36,308 nt of DNA from a virus. Lineage: Duplodnaviria; Caudoviricetes. Below the pieces are notes generated by a model that saw only the letters and a list, made by a program, of their open reading frames with translations, was not told the origin of the DNA and did not search any database. The position numbers and the translations under genes were made by a program. The stretch lies in IMG/VR virus record IMGVR_UViG_3300033067_000266, positions 1 through 36,308 of that record. One strand, written 5' to 3'. Below are positions 7,574 through 17,630 of this stretch, piece by piece (the first letter of the stretch is position 1; each line of letters opens with the position of its first letter).

Positions 7574-7906
7574 ATGTCTCAGAACAGACAAGAATCAGAC
7601 AAACCCAAGCGTAAAGCGCCCAAGACGGCCTTTGCAAAGGGAAAGAGCGGCAACCCAGGCGGTAGGCCCCCCAAGACAGCGCAGGAGCTTGATTTAATCG
7701 CTGCTTGCAAGGCTAAGACGCCTGAAGCGCTGGGTGTGATTGCGGACCTTATGACCAACGGCGAGAAAGAGCAAACACGCCTAGCCGCTGCTCTTAGCAT
7801 CATTGAGCGTGCATATGGCAAGCCAGTGCAGCCGCAGGACGTAAGCCTTACCGGGCAACTGTTCACCGCTATCGAGCATCGAATTGTCAAACATACTGGC
7901 AATTGA
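7574..7906 (+). CDS. terS: Terminase small subunit (DUF5681-type motif)
   Basis: FAKGKSGNPGGRPPK and IIERAYGKPVQ motifs; directly upstream of TerL. Confidence 0.8.
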   Translation: MSQNRQESDKPKRKAPKTAFAKGKSGNPGGRPPKTAQELDLIAACKAKTPEALGVIADLMTNGEKEQTRLAAALSIIERAYGKPVQPQDVSLTGQLFTAIEHRIVKHTGN

Positions 7907-9107
7907 GACTGCGCCGGTTTACGAGCCGCTATTGAAGCCAGCACGATACAAGGGCGCACACGGGGGGCGGGGTTCGGCGAAATCGAACTTCTTTGCTGAC
8001 CTGTGGCTATCGGAGAACGTAAGGCAGAAATACGACTTTGTTTGCTTGCGCGAGACGCTGAAATCTCTAGAGTTCTCGGTTAAAAAGCTGTTCGAAAGCA
8101 AGATCACAGCGCACAACGCGGGGGCGTACTTCGATGTACAGGACCGGCGAATCCTCACAAAGCATGGTGGTGTCACCATCTTTGAGGGTATGCAGAACCA
8201 CACCAGCGAGTCGATAAAGAGCCTAGACGGGTTTGATAGGGCATTCTTTGAAGAGGCGCAGAACGCCAGCGATAAGAGCCTGACGCTGCTTAGGCCAACG
8301 ATTCGCAAGCCTGGGTCGCAACTGTGGTTTGCCTGGAATCCAGATTTGAATACAGATCCTATTGACGTTCTGTTGCGTGGCCCCGAGTTGCCACCGGATT
8401 CCGTGGTGGTGCAGGCGAACTACATGGACAACCCATGGTTTCCTGACGAGCTACGGGCAGAAATGGAGTACGACAAGCGGCGCGACCCAGACAAGTATGC
8501 GCACGTTTGGCTAGGCCAGTACAGGAAGAACAGTAGCGCCAGGGTGTTCCGCAACTGGAAGATAGAAGAGTTCACACGGCCAAAGGGCACGGTTCACCGG
8601 CTTGGTGCTGATTGGGGATTCTCGATTGATCCTTCTGTCTTGGTCCGCTGTGACATTGACGGCCACCGGCTGTATGTGGACTACGAGGCATACCGCGTAG
8701 GTTGTGAGATTGACAACCTACCAGAGTTGTTTATGAGCGTGCCTGACGCGGAAATGTGGCCGATTACGGCGGACTCTGCCAGGCCGGAAACGATCAGCTA
8801 CATGCAGAAGCACGGCTTTCCCAAGATGACCTCCGCTGTAAAGGGTGCGAAGTCACTAGAGGAAGGTGTCGAGTTTCTGCGTAGCTTTGAGATCGTTGTC
8901 CATCCTCGTTGTGAACGCACGATTAACGAGCTAACTATGTACAGCTACAAGACCGACCAGCTAACAGGCGAGGTCATTCCAATTCTGGAAGACAAAAACA
9001 ATCACGTTATCGACTCTCTACGCTATGCCTGCGAGGGCGCTAGACGGTCACTAAGAGGTAAAGAATGGACAAAACCATTGAAGGTGGCGAATCGCTACAT
9101 CGTGTGA
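7884..9107 (+). CDS. terL: Terminase large subunit (PBSX-like)
   Basis: Walker A GGRGSAKS, Walker B FFEEA, WNP, nuclease motif GADWG, NHVIDSLRY. Confidence 0.95.
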   Translation: MSNILAIETAPVYEPLLKPARYKGAHGGRGSAKSNFFADLWLSENVRQKYDFVCLRETLKSLEFSVKKLFESKITAHNAGAYFDVQDRRILTKHGGVTIFEGMQNHTSESIKSLDGFDRAFFEEAQNASDKSLTLLRPTIRKPGSQLWFAWNPDLNTDPIDVLLRGPELPPDSVVVQANYMDNPWFPDELRAEMEYDKRRDPDKYAHVWLGQYRKNSSARVFRNWKIEEFTRPKGTVHRLGADWGFSIDPSVLVRCDIDGHRLYVDYEAYRVGCEIDNLPELFMSVPDAEMWPITADSARPETISYMQKHGFPKMTSAVKGAKSLEEGVEFLRSFEIVVHPRCERTINELTMYSYKTDQLTGEVIPILEDKNNHVIDSLRYACEGARRSLRGKEWTKPLKVANRYIV

Positions 9108-9295
9108 AGCGTGGCAGACCCGCGAAGGTTGCAGCCATTGAATCGCCTGATGAAACCGTTAGCCCGGCGCAAGCCTACGCCATGCGCGTGTGGGATGGCC
9201 AATCGGTGGACGTTTCACGGTCAGAGCGCATCGAGCGGTGTTTGAATGCATTGTGCGGCCAAAACCTGCCTATTGACGGCGTGACTTTCCCATGA
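9065..9295 (+). CDS. Hypothetical protein with an AT-hook-like KRGRP motif
   Basis: GAGG RBS; ATGA overlap with the portal gene. Confidence 0.7.
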   Translation: MDKTIEGGESLHRVKRGRPAKVAAIESPDETVSPAQAYAMRVWDGQSVDVSRSERIERCLNALCGQNLPIDGVTFP

Positions 9296-11445
9296 TGACT
9301 AACGAGGAATTGCTTAAGATCATCGAAGCGCACCGGGCCGACAGCCTAGGCGTTGAAGATGGTGAATTGAGCAATGAGCGGGCGATTGCATTGGATCGCT
9401 ACCACGGCAGGCCATACGGCAACGAAATGGAAGGCCGTTCGTCTGTCGTGTCTAGAGACTTGAGCGAGGCCGTTGACTGGGTGATGCCCGCCATCATGCG
9501 TATCTTCACGCAGAGCGGCACTATCGCCGAGTTTGGTCCGGTTGGTCCCGAAGATGAAGAGCAGGCAGAGAAAGAAACTGATTACGTCAGCCAGGTAATC
9601 ATGAAGGACAACGACGGCTTTATCGCGTTGTACGATGCCATCAAAGACACATTGCTGCTGAAGAATGGCTATGTAAAACATTTTTGGGAAGTTACCGAAA
9701 AGATCGAGGAGCCTTGTTATAAAGGCTTGTCGATTGAGGAAGTCCAAAAGATGATGGGCGACCTGCAGCAGGACGGCTGTGAGGTAGAGATAAAAGGCCA
9801 GGAAGAGGGCGTAGTACAGACCCAGATGGGGCCTGTACCAGTCTTTGACTTGGAGCTAAAAATCAAGCGCAAAAAGGGTCAAGTGCGTATCTACGCGACG
9901 CCCTGCGAAGAGGTTCGCGTATCGCGTAAGTGCCGTGGCTCGTTGCAGGAGTCGCCATTTACAGAGCATGTGACGCGCAAGACCCGATCGGACTTGATCG
10001 AAATGGGAATGGATAAGGAGTTTGTGAATCAACTCCCAGCCTACGAATCGAACCGCTACAGTGTGCAATCTCTCAGCCGTGATTCGGTGAGTGATGAGTA
10101 CCGCATTACCAACGGGTCTAGTGTCAATGATAGCTCGATGGATGAAATCGAGTATTGCGAAGCTTACATCCGGGTTGACTGGGATGGTGATGGCGTTGCA
10201 GAGCTACGAAAGGTAGTTTCGGTTGGAAATCAGATTCCAGAAGGTGACGACTGGAACGAGCCTGTTCCCGCTGTTGGTCTGACCGGCTTTGTGGCAAAGC
10301 GTGTTCCTCACCGTCATGTTGGCGAATCGCTGTATGACGAACTAGGCGATTTGCAAGAGATAAAGACCACTCTTCAACGCCAGTTGCTGGACAACATCTA
10401 TCTGGTCAACAACTCGGAGGTTGCGGTAAACGAATTGTGCAACCTGGCCGACTTCATGACGCGCCAGCCCGGAGGCATCAAGCGTATCAGCGGCATGGAC
10501 CCGGTAGGCGGTTCGTTCCAGCAGTTTGTAACGCCTAACATTTCTGGCGACATCCTGCCAGTGATCGGGTACATCGACAGCGTGAAGGAATCGCGCACCG
10601 GTATTAGCAAGGCAAGCGCTGGCTTGGACCCTGACACGCTCTCCAACGTGACTAAAGGCGCGTACATGGAGAACATGAACCGCGCCAGCCAGAAGGTGGA
10701 GATGATAACCCGCTTGCTGGCTGAAACAGGCGTGAAGGAGCTTGTATTGCAGGTGCATAGCCTGTTGATGCGCTACCAAGACAAACAGCGCATGGTGCGG
10801 ATGAAGGGCAAATACGTAACCGTCAACCCGCAAGAGTGGAAAGAGCGCACAGACTTAACCGTGAAGGTCGGTCTAGGCACTGGCACTGAAGAACAGCGCA
10901 CGCAGAAGCTAGGCGCTATCAGCCAGTTGCAGCGCGAAACCCTGGGGCCTATTGGTCTGGTTGGGCCTAAAGAGGCATACGCCATGTTTTCGGACATAGC
11001 TAAGGCGATGGGCTTTGATATGCCTGAGCGATACGCCATGGACCCGGCAAGCCCTGAGTTCCAACAGAAGATGAACCAGCCTCCGCAGCCTCCATTGCCA
11101 ATCATGATTGAGCAGATGAAGCAACAGGCCGATGCGCAGAAGTTCCAAGCGCAACAGCAGGGCGACATTCAGAAGTTCCAAGCTGAAACGCAGATGACCC
11201 GCGAAGTGGAGCAGATCAAGGCCAATGCCAAGCTGCAAGAAATCACGGCCAATCTGGAATTGCAAGCTGCTAACGATGCCCGCGACTCTGAGCGCGAAAC
11301 CATGAAGGCCATGCACCAGCAGGAGCTAGAGCGCATGAAGCTGGAGCTTGACAAGTACAAGACTGATCGCGACAACGAAACACGCATCATCGTGGCGCAG
11401 ATCAGCGCAGGCGCACAGCAGATGACGCAGGAGATGCCGATATGA
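9292..11445 (+). CDS. Portal protein (P22-like)
   Basis: 717 aa after TerL; GRSSVVSRD, DWDGDG and a Gln-rich C-terminal coiled-coil barrel. Confidence 0.93.
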   Translation: MMTNEELLKIIEAHRADSLGVEDGELSNERAIALDRYHGRPYGNEMEGRSSVVSRDLSEAVDWVMPAIMRIFTQSGTIAEFGPVGPEDEEQAEKETDYVSQVIMKDNDGFIALYDAIKDTLLLKNGYVKHFWEVTEKIEEPCYKGLSIEEVQKMMGDLQQDGCEVEIKGQEEGVVQTQMGPVPVFDLELKIKRKKGQVRIYATPCEEVRVSRKCRGSLQESPFTEHVTRKTRSDLIEMGMDKEFVNQLPAYESNRYSVQSLSRDSVSDEYRITNGSSVNDSSMDEIEYCEAYIRVDWDGDGVAELRKVVSVGNQIPEGDDWNEPVPAVGLTGFVAKRVPHRHVGESLYDELGDLQEIKTTLQRQLLDNIYLVNNSEVAVNELCNLADFMTRQPGGIKRISGMDPVGGSFQQFVTPNISGDILPVIGYIDSVKESRTGISKASAGLDPDTLSNVTKGAYMENMNRASQKVEMITRLLAETGVKELVLQVHSLLMRYQDKQRMVRMKGKYVTVNPQEWKERTDLTVKVGLGTGTEEQRTQKLGAISQLQRETLGPIGLVGPKEAYAMFSDIAKAMGFDMPERYAMDPASPEFQQKMNQPPQPPLPIMIEQMKQQADAQKFQAQQQGDIQKFQAETQMTREVEQIKANAKLQEITANLELQAANDARDSERETMKAMHQQELERMKLELDKYKTDRDNETRIIVAQISAGAQQMTQEMPI

Positions 11446-11723
11446 CCCCAGAAGATCGCACGATTCGCGCAGCCGATGCACGCCAGTTGCTTGAGCATCC
11501 GATGTTTGTAGAGGCATGGGAAGCAGTTGAAAAGCATTTGCACATGCAAGCGATTACTTGCGACAGCGACAACGCACAGAAGGCATTGCGCATCGTCATC
11601 AGCCAGCAGTTGCTTGCTGGTGTTAAACGAGAGATTCAGAGAATTGTTACCGATGGAATAGTTGCCGAGGTGCAGCTATCCGAGTTGGAACAGAAACGCA
11701 AGTTTGCGCTATTCCGTAGATAA
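11442..11723 (+). CDS. Conserved small protein between portal and scaffold
   Basis: ARQLLEHPMFVEAW motif; coupled to the portal gene. Confidence 0.8.
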   Translation: MTPEDRTIRAADARQLLEHPMFVEAWEAVEKHLHMQAITCDSDNAQKALRIVISQQLLAGVKREIQRIVTDGIVAEVQLSELEQKRKFALFRR

Positions 11724-11808
11724 CAGCTAGACACCTAGCATTTAGCGAACGCAGCGATGCGCCGCAATCCTCTCTGGTGTCGTGAGAGGGGATTTTGATT
11801 GAAACCAC

Positions 11809-12825
11809 ATGGATACAGAATCTTCCACCTCCGATGGAGGCGAATCGACTCTGGACAGGCTTGATGCATTTTTGTCTGCTGACGATGCACCGCAAGAGCC
11901 TTCCGAGCCTCAACAAGAGGCAAAAGCAGACGCACCCGCAACAGAACCGGCAGAAGCTGACGTTCCAGAGCAGGAAGGCGAGACACCTAATGAGTACCAA
12001 CTAGCTGACGTTGCAAAGCTACTCGGGGCAGATGAAAGTCTGCTTGATGTAGCTGATGACGGGTCGGTCATGGTTAAAACCAAGATCGACGGCGAAGAGG
12101 GAAAGGTGAAATTCGCAGACCTGATAAAGAGCTATCAACTCCAAGGCCATGTTGATAAACAGGTACGAGAGGCCGCTGATATGCGAAAGCAGGCGCAGGA
12201 ATATGCGCAGGCAGTGCAACAGCAAACGCAAGTGCAGCAAGCTGTGGTTGGAAAGATTGCCGAAGCCAAGGTAATCGAACAACAATTAGCGCAGTACCAG
12301 GGCATTAACTGGAACGCACTAGAAGACAGCGACCCCGTGCAAGCGATGCGTTTACAGCGTCAGTTTGGTGAGCTTAAACAGGCTTATCAAGCAAAAGTAG
12401 ACGAAGTAAACCAAGCGCAAAACTACGTTCAACAGCAGCAAAGCCAACATACAGCCGCCTCCCTCGAAACCGAGCGACAAGCGCTGATGAAGGCATGCCC
12501 TGAATGGAGTAGCGAAGCCGTCGCCACGAAAGAAAAGCAGGCCATTACAGCCGACTTACTTTCACGAGGGTATAGCGAGCGGGACATTCAGGGATTGAGC
12601 GACCACAAAGCCGTTCTCCTTGCCCGTGACGCGATGTTGTATCGGCAACAAAAGGCAGCAGGCAGCACCACCGAAAAGCTGGTCCGCCAAGCGCCAAAGA
12701 TTATCAAACCGGGTTCAAGTGCTCCACGGAACACGAACCAAATCCAAAAAATTCACCAAGAAGTTCGGCGCTCGGGCTCACGTCAATCAACGATTGATTA
12801 CCTGTTGGCGACCGGAAAAGTTTAA
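11809..12825 (+). CDS. Capsid scaffolding protein
   Basis: Acidic N-terminus, KIDGEEGKV..LIKSYQ, INWNAL..DP, coiled coil; directly upstream of the capsid gene. Confidence 0.85.
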   Translation: MDTESSTSDGGESTLDRLDAFLSADDAPQEPSEPQQEAKADAPATEPAEADVPEQEGETPNEYQLADVAKLLGADESLLDVADDGSVMVKTKIDGEEGKVKFADLIKSYQLQGHVDKQVREAADMRKQAQEYAQAVQQQTQVQQAVVGKIAEAKVIEQQLAQYQGINWNALEDSDPVQAMRLQRQFGELKQAYQAKVDEVNQAQNYVQQQQSQHTAASLETERQALMKACPEWSSEAVATKEKQAITADLLSRGYSERDIQGLSDHKAVLLARDAMLYRQQKAAGSTTEKLVRQAPKIIKPGSSAPRNTNQIQKIHQEVRRSGSRQSTIDYLLATGKV

Positions 12826-12843
12826 ACAAATTAAGGACACATC

Positions 12844-13791
12844 ATGGGACTCCCAGCAGGCACACTCTCTTCGTATGCAGCTATCGGCAACCGCGAAGAC
12901 CTCTCCGACATCATCTATGACATTTCGCCAGCAGATACCCCGTTTTTGTCGGCCATCCCCAAAACCAAAGCTACCGGCACAAAGCACGAATGGCAAACCC
13001 ATAGCCTGACCGCAGCATCTGGCACGAACAAAGTGTTGGAAGGTGATGATGCGACAACCGACGCGGCTACCACTACAGCACGCGTTTACAACTATCGCCA
13101 AATCTCTGACAAGGTGGCTCGCGTGACCGGCACGCAGGAAACTGTGAACAAGGCTGGTCGTCGCTCTGAAATGGCTTTCCAGATGGAAGCACGCATGAAA
13201 GAGTTGAAGCGCGACGTTGAAACACGTTTGCTTGGCAACTACGCTTCTGCTGTTGGTGCGGCTGGTACTGAGCCAGAGTGCGCAGGCTTGCAGGCTTGGA
13301 TTAAGACCAACGTCGACAAAGCCTCTGACGCTACTGCATCTACTGGGAACGGTACCGACATTCACACTGACGGCACCGCACGCGCTTTGCAAGAGTCGCA
13401 AGTAGAAGCAGCTTTGGCTCTGGCCTGGACTAACGGCGGCAACCCAACTATGGGTTTCTTGAACGCTTTTCAAAAGCGCAAGTTCGCATCGTTCAGCGGC
13501 TCCAGCACAAAGACCAGCGACGGCGACAAAAAGAAGGTTGTGAACTCGGTGGATATTTACATTGACCCGCTGGGTAATGAAGTTCGCCTGGTTCCTTGCC
13601 GTCAAGCGCCAACCGACGTGATCTATTTTGTTGACCCTGAGTATGTGAAGTTCGCCACTCTGCGCGACTTCAAGACCCATGATCTGGCAAAAACTGGCGA
13701 CAGCGAGCGCAAACAGATCATCGTGGAATACACGTTGGAAGTGTGCCAAGAGAAGGCCCACGGCGCTGTCTACGACTTGGCTACAGCCTAA
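12844..13791 (+). CDS. Major capsid protein (DUF5309/SU10-like)
   Basis: GNREDLSDII..ISP.DTPF, HEWQT, ELKRDVE, LAKTGDSE..EYTLE motifs. Confidence 0.93.
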   Translation: MGLPAGTLSSYAAIGNREDLSDIIYDISPADTPFLSAIPKTKATGTKHEWQTHSLTAASGTNKVLEGDDATTDAATTTARVYNYRQISDKVARVTGTQETVNKAGRRSEMAFQMEARMKELKRDVETRLLGNYASAVGAAGTEPECAGLQAWIKTNVDKASDATASTGNGTDIHTDGTARALQESQVEAALALAWTNGGNPTMGFLNAFQKRKFASFSGSSTKTSDGDKKKVVNSVDIYIDPLGNEVRLVPCRQAPTDVIYFVDPEYVKFATLRDFKTHDLAKTGDSERKQIIVEYTLEVCQEKAHGAVYDLATA

Positions 13792-13799
13792 CAATCAAT

Positions 13800-13813
13800 G
13801 CCCCTTCGGGGGC
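13800..13813 (+). terminator. UUCG hairpin after the capsid gene (weak terminator or mRNA stabiliser)
   Basis: gcccc-TTCG-ggggc with a poor T tail. Confidence 0.5.
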
Positions 13814-13830
13814 TAATTTAGGAGCAACAA

Positions 13831-14436
13831 ATGCCAAGTTTTAAGACACTACAGCCGCCAACGGGCAGCATTCACATCATTGATGGTGACCCGCTAGACA
13901 AAGCAGGTTCGTCAACTGCACCAGCTATCGGCGCGATTGTTGTAAAGCATGCGCAGTTCGGCCCATTCTGCCAAACCACGCTTGTTCTGAATAACGTCGG
14001 CCAAACCGTTGTGAACGGTGTGGAGTACCAAGGCACAAAGATTTACGACTTCCCAGAAGGCCGTATTTCTATCTTGGGCGTCACTGCCACGCTGCAACAG
14101 AAGACCACCAGCGTATTAGCTTCTACTCTGAGCGCAAGTTCGGTTGGCGCGATTGCTTTGGGGACGGTAACGGCAAGTTCAACCACGCTTGGGTCTAATG
14201 CACTATCAGTAAACCTATTGCCATCAACAGCGTTCACATCGTCTGCGACGATCAACGTAGCGGGTACTGCTGTATCTGCTGCCTTGGCTGCTGCTGCGCA
14301 GTTTGACGGCACCTCTACGCCTATAGATGTTTACCTGAACACTGCCTATGCAACCACTACCGACGTGGACGCAGACGCTACGCAGACCATCAGCGGAACC
14401 ATCGTAATCACATGGATAAATTTAGGTGATTACTAA
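13831..14436 (+). CDS. Putative capsid decoration/minor head protein
   Basis: AGGAG RBS; Thr/Ala/Ser-rich, beta-rich protein right after the capsid gene. Confidence 0.6.
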   Translation: MPSFKTLQPPTGSIHIIDGDPLDKAGSSTAPAIGAIVVKHAQFGPFCQTTLVLNNVGQTVVNGVEYQGTKIYDFPEGRISILGVTATLQQKTTSVLASTLSASSVGAIALGTVTASSTTLGSNALSVNLLPSTAFTSSATINVAGTAVSAALAAAAQFDGTSTPIDVYLNTAYATTTDVDADATQTISGTIVITWINLGDY

Positions 14437-14452
14437 GCAATTGCAAAACCAT

Positions 14453-14479
14453 AAAGGGGGCTTCGGCCCCTTTTCTTTT
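14453..14479 (+). terminator. Intrinsic terminator
   Basis: aaagggggc-TTCG-gcccc followed by ttttctttt. Confidence 0.8.
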
Positions 14480-14489
14480 GGGGTAGCCA

Positions 14490-14801
14490 ATGAGTAAGAA
14501 ACGTGAATACACGCTAGAAGAATCAGTTGTGGCGCTCAAGGGCGGGACCTGTGAGTCTGTAGCGGTTTCCACCACTTCAGCCGTATCGTCTGCCATTTTG
14601 TCTGGCCGCGTGGTGCTGTATAGCAGCGTGGAATGCTTCTTTCGGCAGGGCAGCGGAACACCGGTAGCCCTGGCTACTGGCGTAGATCAAATATTGCCAG
14701 CCTCGACCATGCTGCGGGTTGTCGATATTGAGTCTGGCAACAAGCTTGCATTTAAGACCGCGTCGGGCACAGGTACGGTTTACATTGCGCCAGCAGCATG
14801 A
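14490..14801 (+). CDS. Small beta-rich virion protein (possible spike base)
   Basis: 103 aa ending in GTGTVYI; coupled to the SGNH gene. Confidence 0.6.
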   Translation: MSKKREYTLEESVVALKGGTCESVAVSTTSAVSSAILSGRVVLYSSVECFFRQGSGTPVALATGVDQILPASTMLRVVDIESGNKLAFKTASGTGTVYIAPAA

Positions 14802-16321
14802 GCCTCGGCATTCGGTGTGGGTTGCGCGTTGGTAGCGTGGGTGCGTCAGCGCTTGTTCCAGTATCAAACCCACGCTTTGCGTTGGTCGGTGATTCGCTGA
14901 CCCAGTACGGCAGCAACTACGCAGCGCTGAACACAAAAACATTGACGCGCGACGCGGCGGGTCTTGTTACTGTTGCGTTTACCAATCACGGTATTTTCGG
15001 CACTCCAGACATCAACATCGTCAATTGTTCAGATACATCGTATGAATACTATGGGCCAAAAATAACGATTGATGCCAACAACTTCAGCTACCAGACCAGC
15101 GTAACAGGCTCGGCTGGCAGCATTGCAGGTACTGCGAACACAGCAGCGGTTATCCAAAACCGCATTCAAGGCGTTGGCTATTGGATGTGGCTGCAAAACC
15201 TGATGGGTGGTGGTGGTCGGATGCTGGGGAATTACGGCCAGGGTGGTGACCTAGCCTCTGAAATGGGCGCGGCAGTAACGCTGGCATGCGCTACGGCAGC
15301 CGAGTTTGTCATCATCTGCGCAGGCATCAACGACATTAATAGTGGTGGCGCAAGTGGTGCTACGGTTATTTCTCGTGTTACGACTCACGTTAATACGATC
15401 ATTGCGGCAGGCAAAAAGTGTGTGATTTTGAGCATTACGCCGCTTGGGTCTGCCTACGCGACATCTGGAAAAAACACAGCCACGCTGGATGCCAATGCTG
15501 GCCTATCAGCGCTGGCAAATGGAACAACGATCTTCTATGCTGATGCCCACCAAGACCTAGTAGACACTGGGGCTACACAATTTACAGATGGCCGCGCCTG
15601 GACATGGGCTACATCGGATGGCGTGCATTGGGGGGAACGGGCGGCAAAGCTAATCGCTGGGCGGCTCTATACCGCTATCAGTGCAGCTATCACAGTAACC
15701 AACTGCCTACCAACGGCAAGCGGAAACATGCCGACGATCCCGGGCTACACAGCAATCCGCGAGTATGGGGAGTGGGACTCCACTGGTGGCGGAACGCAGG
15801 GCACAGGATCAACAGGGACACTGGCAACCAAGCAAACTGCACTGAGCAGCAACGCAGCTACCACCATCGTCAATAGTTTGGTTGACCGTGGAAGTAGTGC
15901 GCTTGGCTATTACAACCACCAAGTTATCACGCCCAACGGTGCGCACATTGTTGACAACTACTGGATGACCAACAGCGGAGTGACGATCGGCTCACTTGGG
16001 CTTACGACATCAGACACCGTTATTTTTGCAGTCGAGGTCAGTTTGACAGGTGCCATCGCGGCCAATATGTCGATGTTGTCTCTGGTGATTCAAAGCAACT
16101 CAAGCGGTGCGTTCGGTATTTCGTCCGCTGGTGACTATGTGGCGCTGTCATCGTCTGCTTATCGTAACGACGACCTGACCGATGTCATCCTGATGACTGG
16201 TCCGCTGCTACTCAATGCATCAGTTACCCATTTGCTCTCCAAACTGGAAACGCGTTACACGGCAGCTGGGACAGCCCACACCCTGCGCCAAGGTCGGGTT
16301 GTTTTGTTTAAGAAGGACTGA
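14798..16321 (+). CDS. SGNH/GDSL hydrolase-domain virion protein
   Basis: Blocks LVGDSLT, GQGG, GIND and DGVH, plus a C-terminal beta-sandwich-like region. Confidence 0.88.
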   Translation: MSLGIRCGLRVGSVGASALVPVSNPRFALVGDSLTQYGSNYAALNTKTLTRDAAGLVTVAFTNHGIFGTPDINIVNCSDTSYEYYGPKITIDANNFSYQTSVTGSAGSIAGTANTAAVIQNRIQGVGYWMWLQNLMGGGGRMLGNYGQGGDLASEMGAAVTLACATAAEFVIICAGINDINSGGASGATVISRVTTHVNTIIAAGKKCVILSITPLGSAYATSGKNTATLDANAGLSALANGTTIFYADAHQDLVDTGATQFTDGRAWTWATSDGVHWGERAAKLIAGRLYTAISAAITVTNCLPTASGNMPTIPGYTAIREYGEWDSTGGGTQGTGSTGTLATKQTALSSNAATTIVNSLVDRGSSALGYYNHQVITPNGAHIVDNYWMTNSGVTIGSLGLTTSDTVIFAVEVSLTGAIAANMSMLSLVIQSNSSGAFGISSAGDYVALSSSAYRNDDLTDVILMTGPLLLNASVTHLLSKLETRYTAAGTAHTLRQGRVVLFKKD

Positions 16322-16323
16322 CG

Positions 16324-16650
16324 ATGACAGACCTCAAAGAAACAAGTCACTACGATGCGGACAGCGACACACTTGTCGTGAAAACACAGTACGACAGTTC
16401 TGCTGTGATCGCGGACAACATCATGACCAAGAATCTCCAGCCAGAAACAGGGCGCTACAAGGGGAATTTGGTCAAGGTGGCGACGATTCACATGGGTGAT
16501 GTTGTGAGGCTGAAAAACCTTGGCTACAACATATTGAGTCCAGACCCTGACGAAGTAAAGCGCGCACTGCTTTACATCCAATCGGAGGAAAAAGCACTCT
16601 TGTCTATGCCTGGAACCCCATTTAGCAAGAAGCGGCAGTCTTGGTCATGA
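16324..16650 (+). CDS. Conserved hypothetical phage protein
   Basis: 108 aa with a KVATI motif; precedes the adaptor gene. Confidence 0.75.
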   Translation: MTDLKETSHYDADSDTLVVKTQYDSSAVIADNIMTKNLQPETGRYKGNLVKVATIHMGDVVRLKNLGYNILSPDPDEVKRALLYIQSEEKALLSMPGTPFSKKRQSWS

Positions 16651-17255
16651 TTACTTCCTACGCAACCCTCCAAACGTCTATCGCGTCATTCCTGCACCGC
16701 ACGGATATGACAGACATTATCAAAGAGCTAATTGCAGACGCAGAAACCCGCATTGCAAACGAATTGCGCATTAAGGCTATGGAAGCTGCATTTAGCAGCG
16801 CCATATCTGCTGGTTCTGTTGCTTTGCCTGCTGGTTTTCTTGAGTGGAAATTCCTCTACGTTGACGGAGACTCTGCACAGAAGCTGACGCGCAAAGACCC
16901 CGAATGGATATACACCAACTACCCCACACGGTCCGGCTCTGGTAAGCCGGTTTTTTTTGCCCGTGAGGGTGATAACGTGATCTTTGGACCATACCCAGGC
17001 TCATCCTACACGGTCAAGGGCCGCTACTACAAAAAGCTTACGGCGCTAAGCGACTCAAACACAACGAATTGGTTTATCACGGATGCGCCCGACCTGTTGC
17101 GATATGCAACTTTATGCGAAGCCGCCCCATATCTGCAAAACGATGAACGCATACCAGTCTGGGAGGGTAAATATCAGATGGCTAAAAAACGCATCGAACA
17201 CACTGAACGCCGGGAAAGCTTCAGCGGCTCGGTCTTGTCTGCGAGGGCTGGATAA
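16647..17255 (+). CDS. Head-tail adaptor (tail tubular A-like)
   Basis: ITSYATLQTSIASFLHR, IFGPYP, NWFITDAPDLLRYATLCEA motifs. Confidence 0.82.
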   Translation: MITSYATLQTSIASFLHRTDMTDIIKELIADAETRIANELRIKAMEAAFSSAISAGSVALPAGFLEWKFLYVDGDSAQKLTRKDPEWIYTNYPTRSGSGKPVFFAREGDNVIFGPYPGSSYTVKGRYYKKLTALSDSNTTNWFITDAPDLLRYATLCEAAPYLQNDERIPVWEGKYQMAKKRIEHTERRESFSGSVLSARAG

Positions 17256-17630
17256 ATGACCGTAGAAACCGCAACTGATGTAACACAGCTTAATTCAAGC
17301 TACCCGGAATCTACTAGCACTGTTGGCCGTGGCGATGACCATATCCGACTAATCAAGTCATGCCTGACTTACACGTTTGCAGGCGCTACATCTACCGGCG
17401 TTATTGGCTTCAACGTCTACACGCAGGCGGCTGGCAATAACACCACATTGGCGGCTAGTACGGCGTTTGTGAGTGCGGCCGTGGCCGCTGCTGCTTTTTC
17501 TACGGTGCTTCCGAGCCAAACAGGCAACAGCGGAAAGTTCGTAACCACAAATGGAAGCGTGGCGAGTTGGGCGACCGTCCCACAAGCAGGACAAAACATC
17601 TATCTAAAAGTCAATTTCGGAGGTCTATAA
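17256..17630 (+). CDS. Tail-fibre N-terminal anchor-like protein
   Basis: GDDHIRLIKS and LPSQTGNSGKFVTTNGS..SW motifs. Confidence 0.75.
   Translation: MTVETATDVTQLNSSYPESTSTVGRGDDHIRLIKSCLTYTFAGATSTGVIGFNVYTQAAGNNTTLAASTAFVSAAVAAAAFSTVLPSQTGNSGKFVTTNGSVASWATVPQAGQNIYLKVNFGGL

Noticed and set aside
12787-13794. 335-aa antisense ORF over the capsid gene (and similar antisense ORFs over the portal and ejection genes)
   Set aside because: Antisense shadows of strongly biased coding sequence, with no RBS or recognisable motifs.
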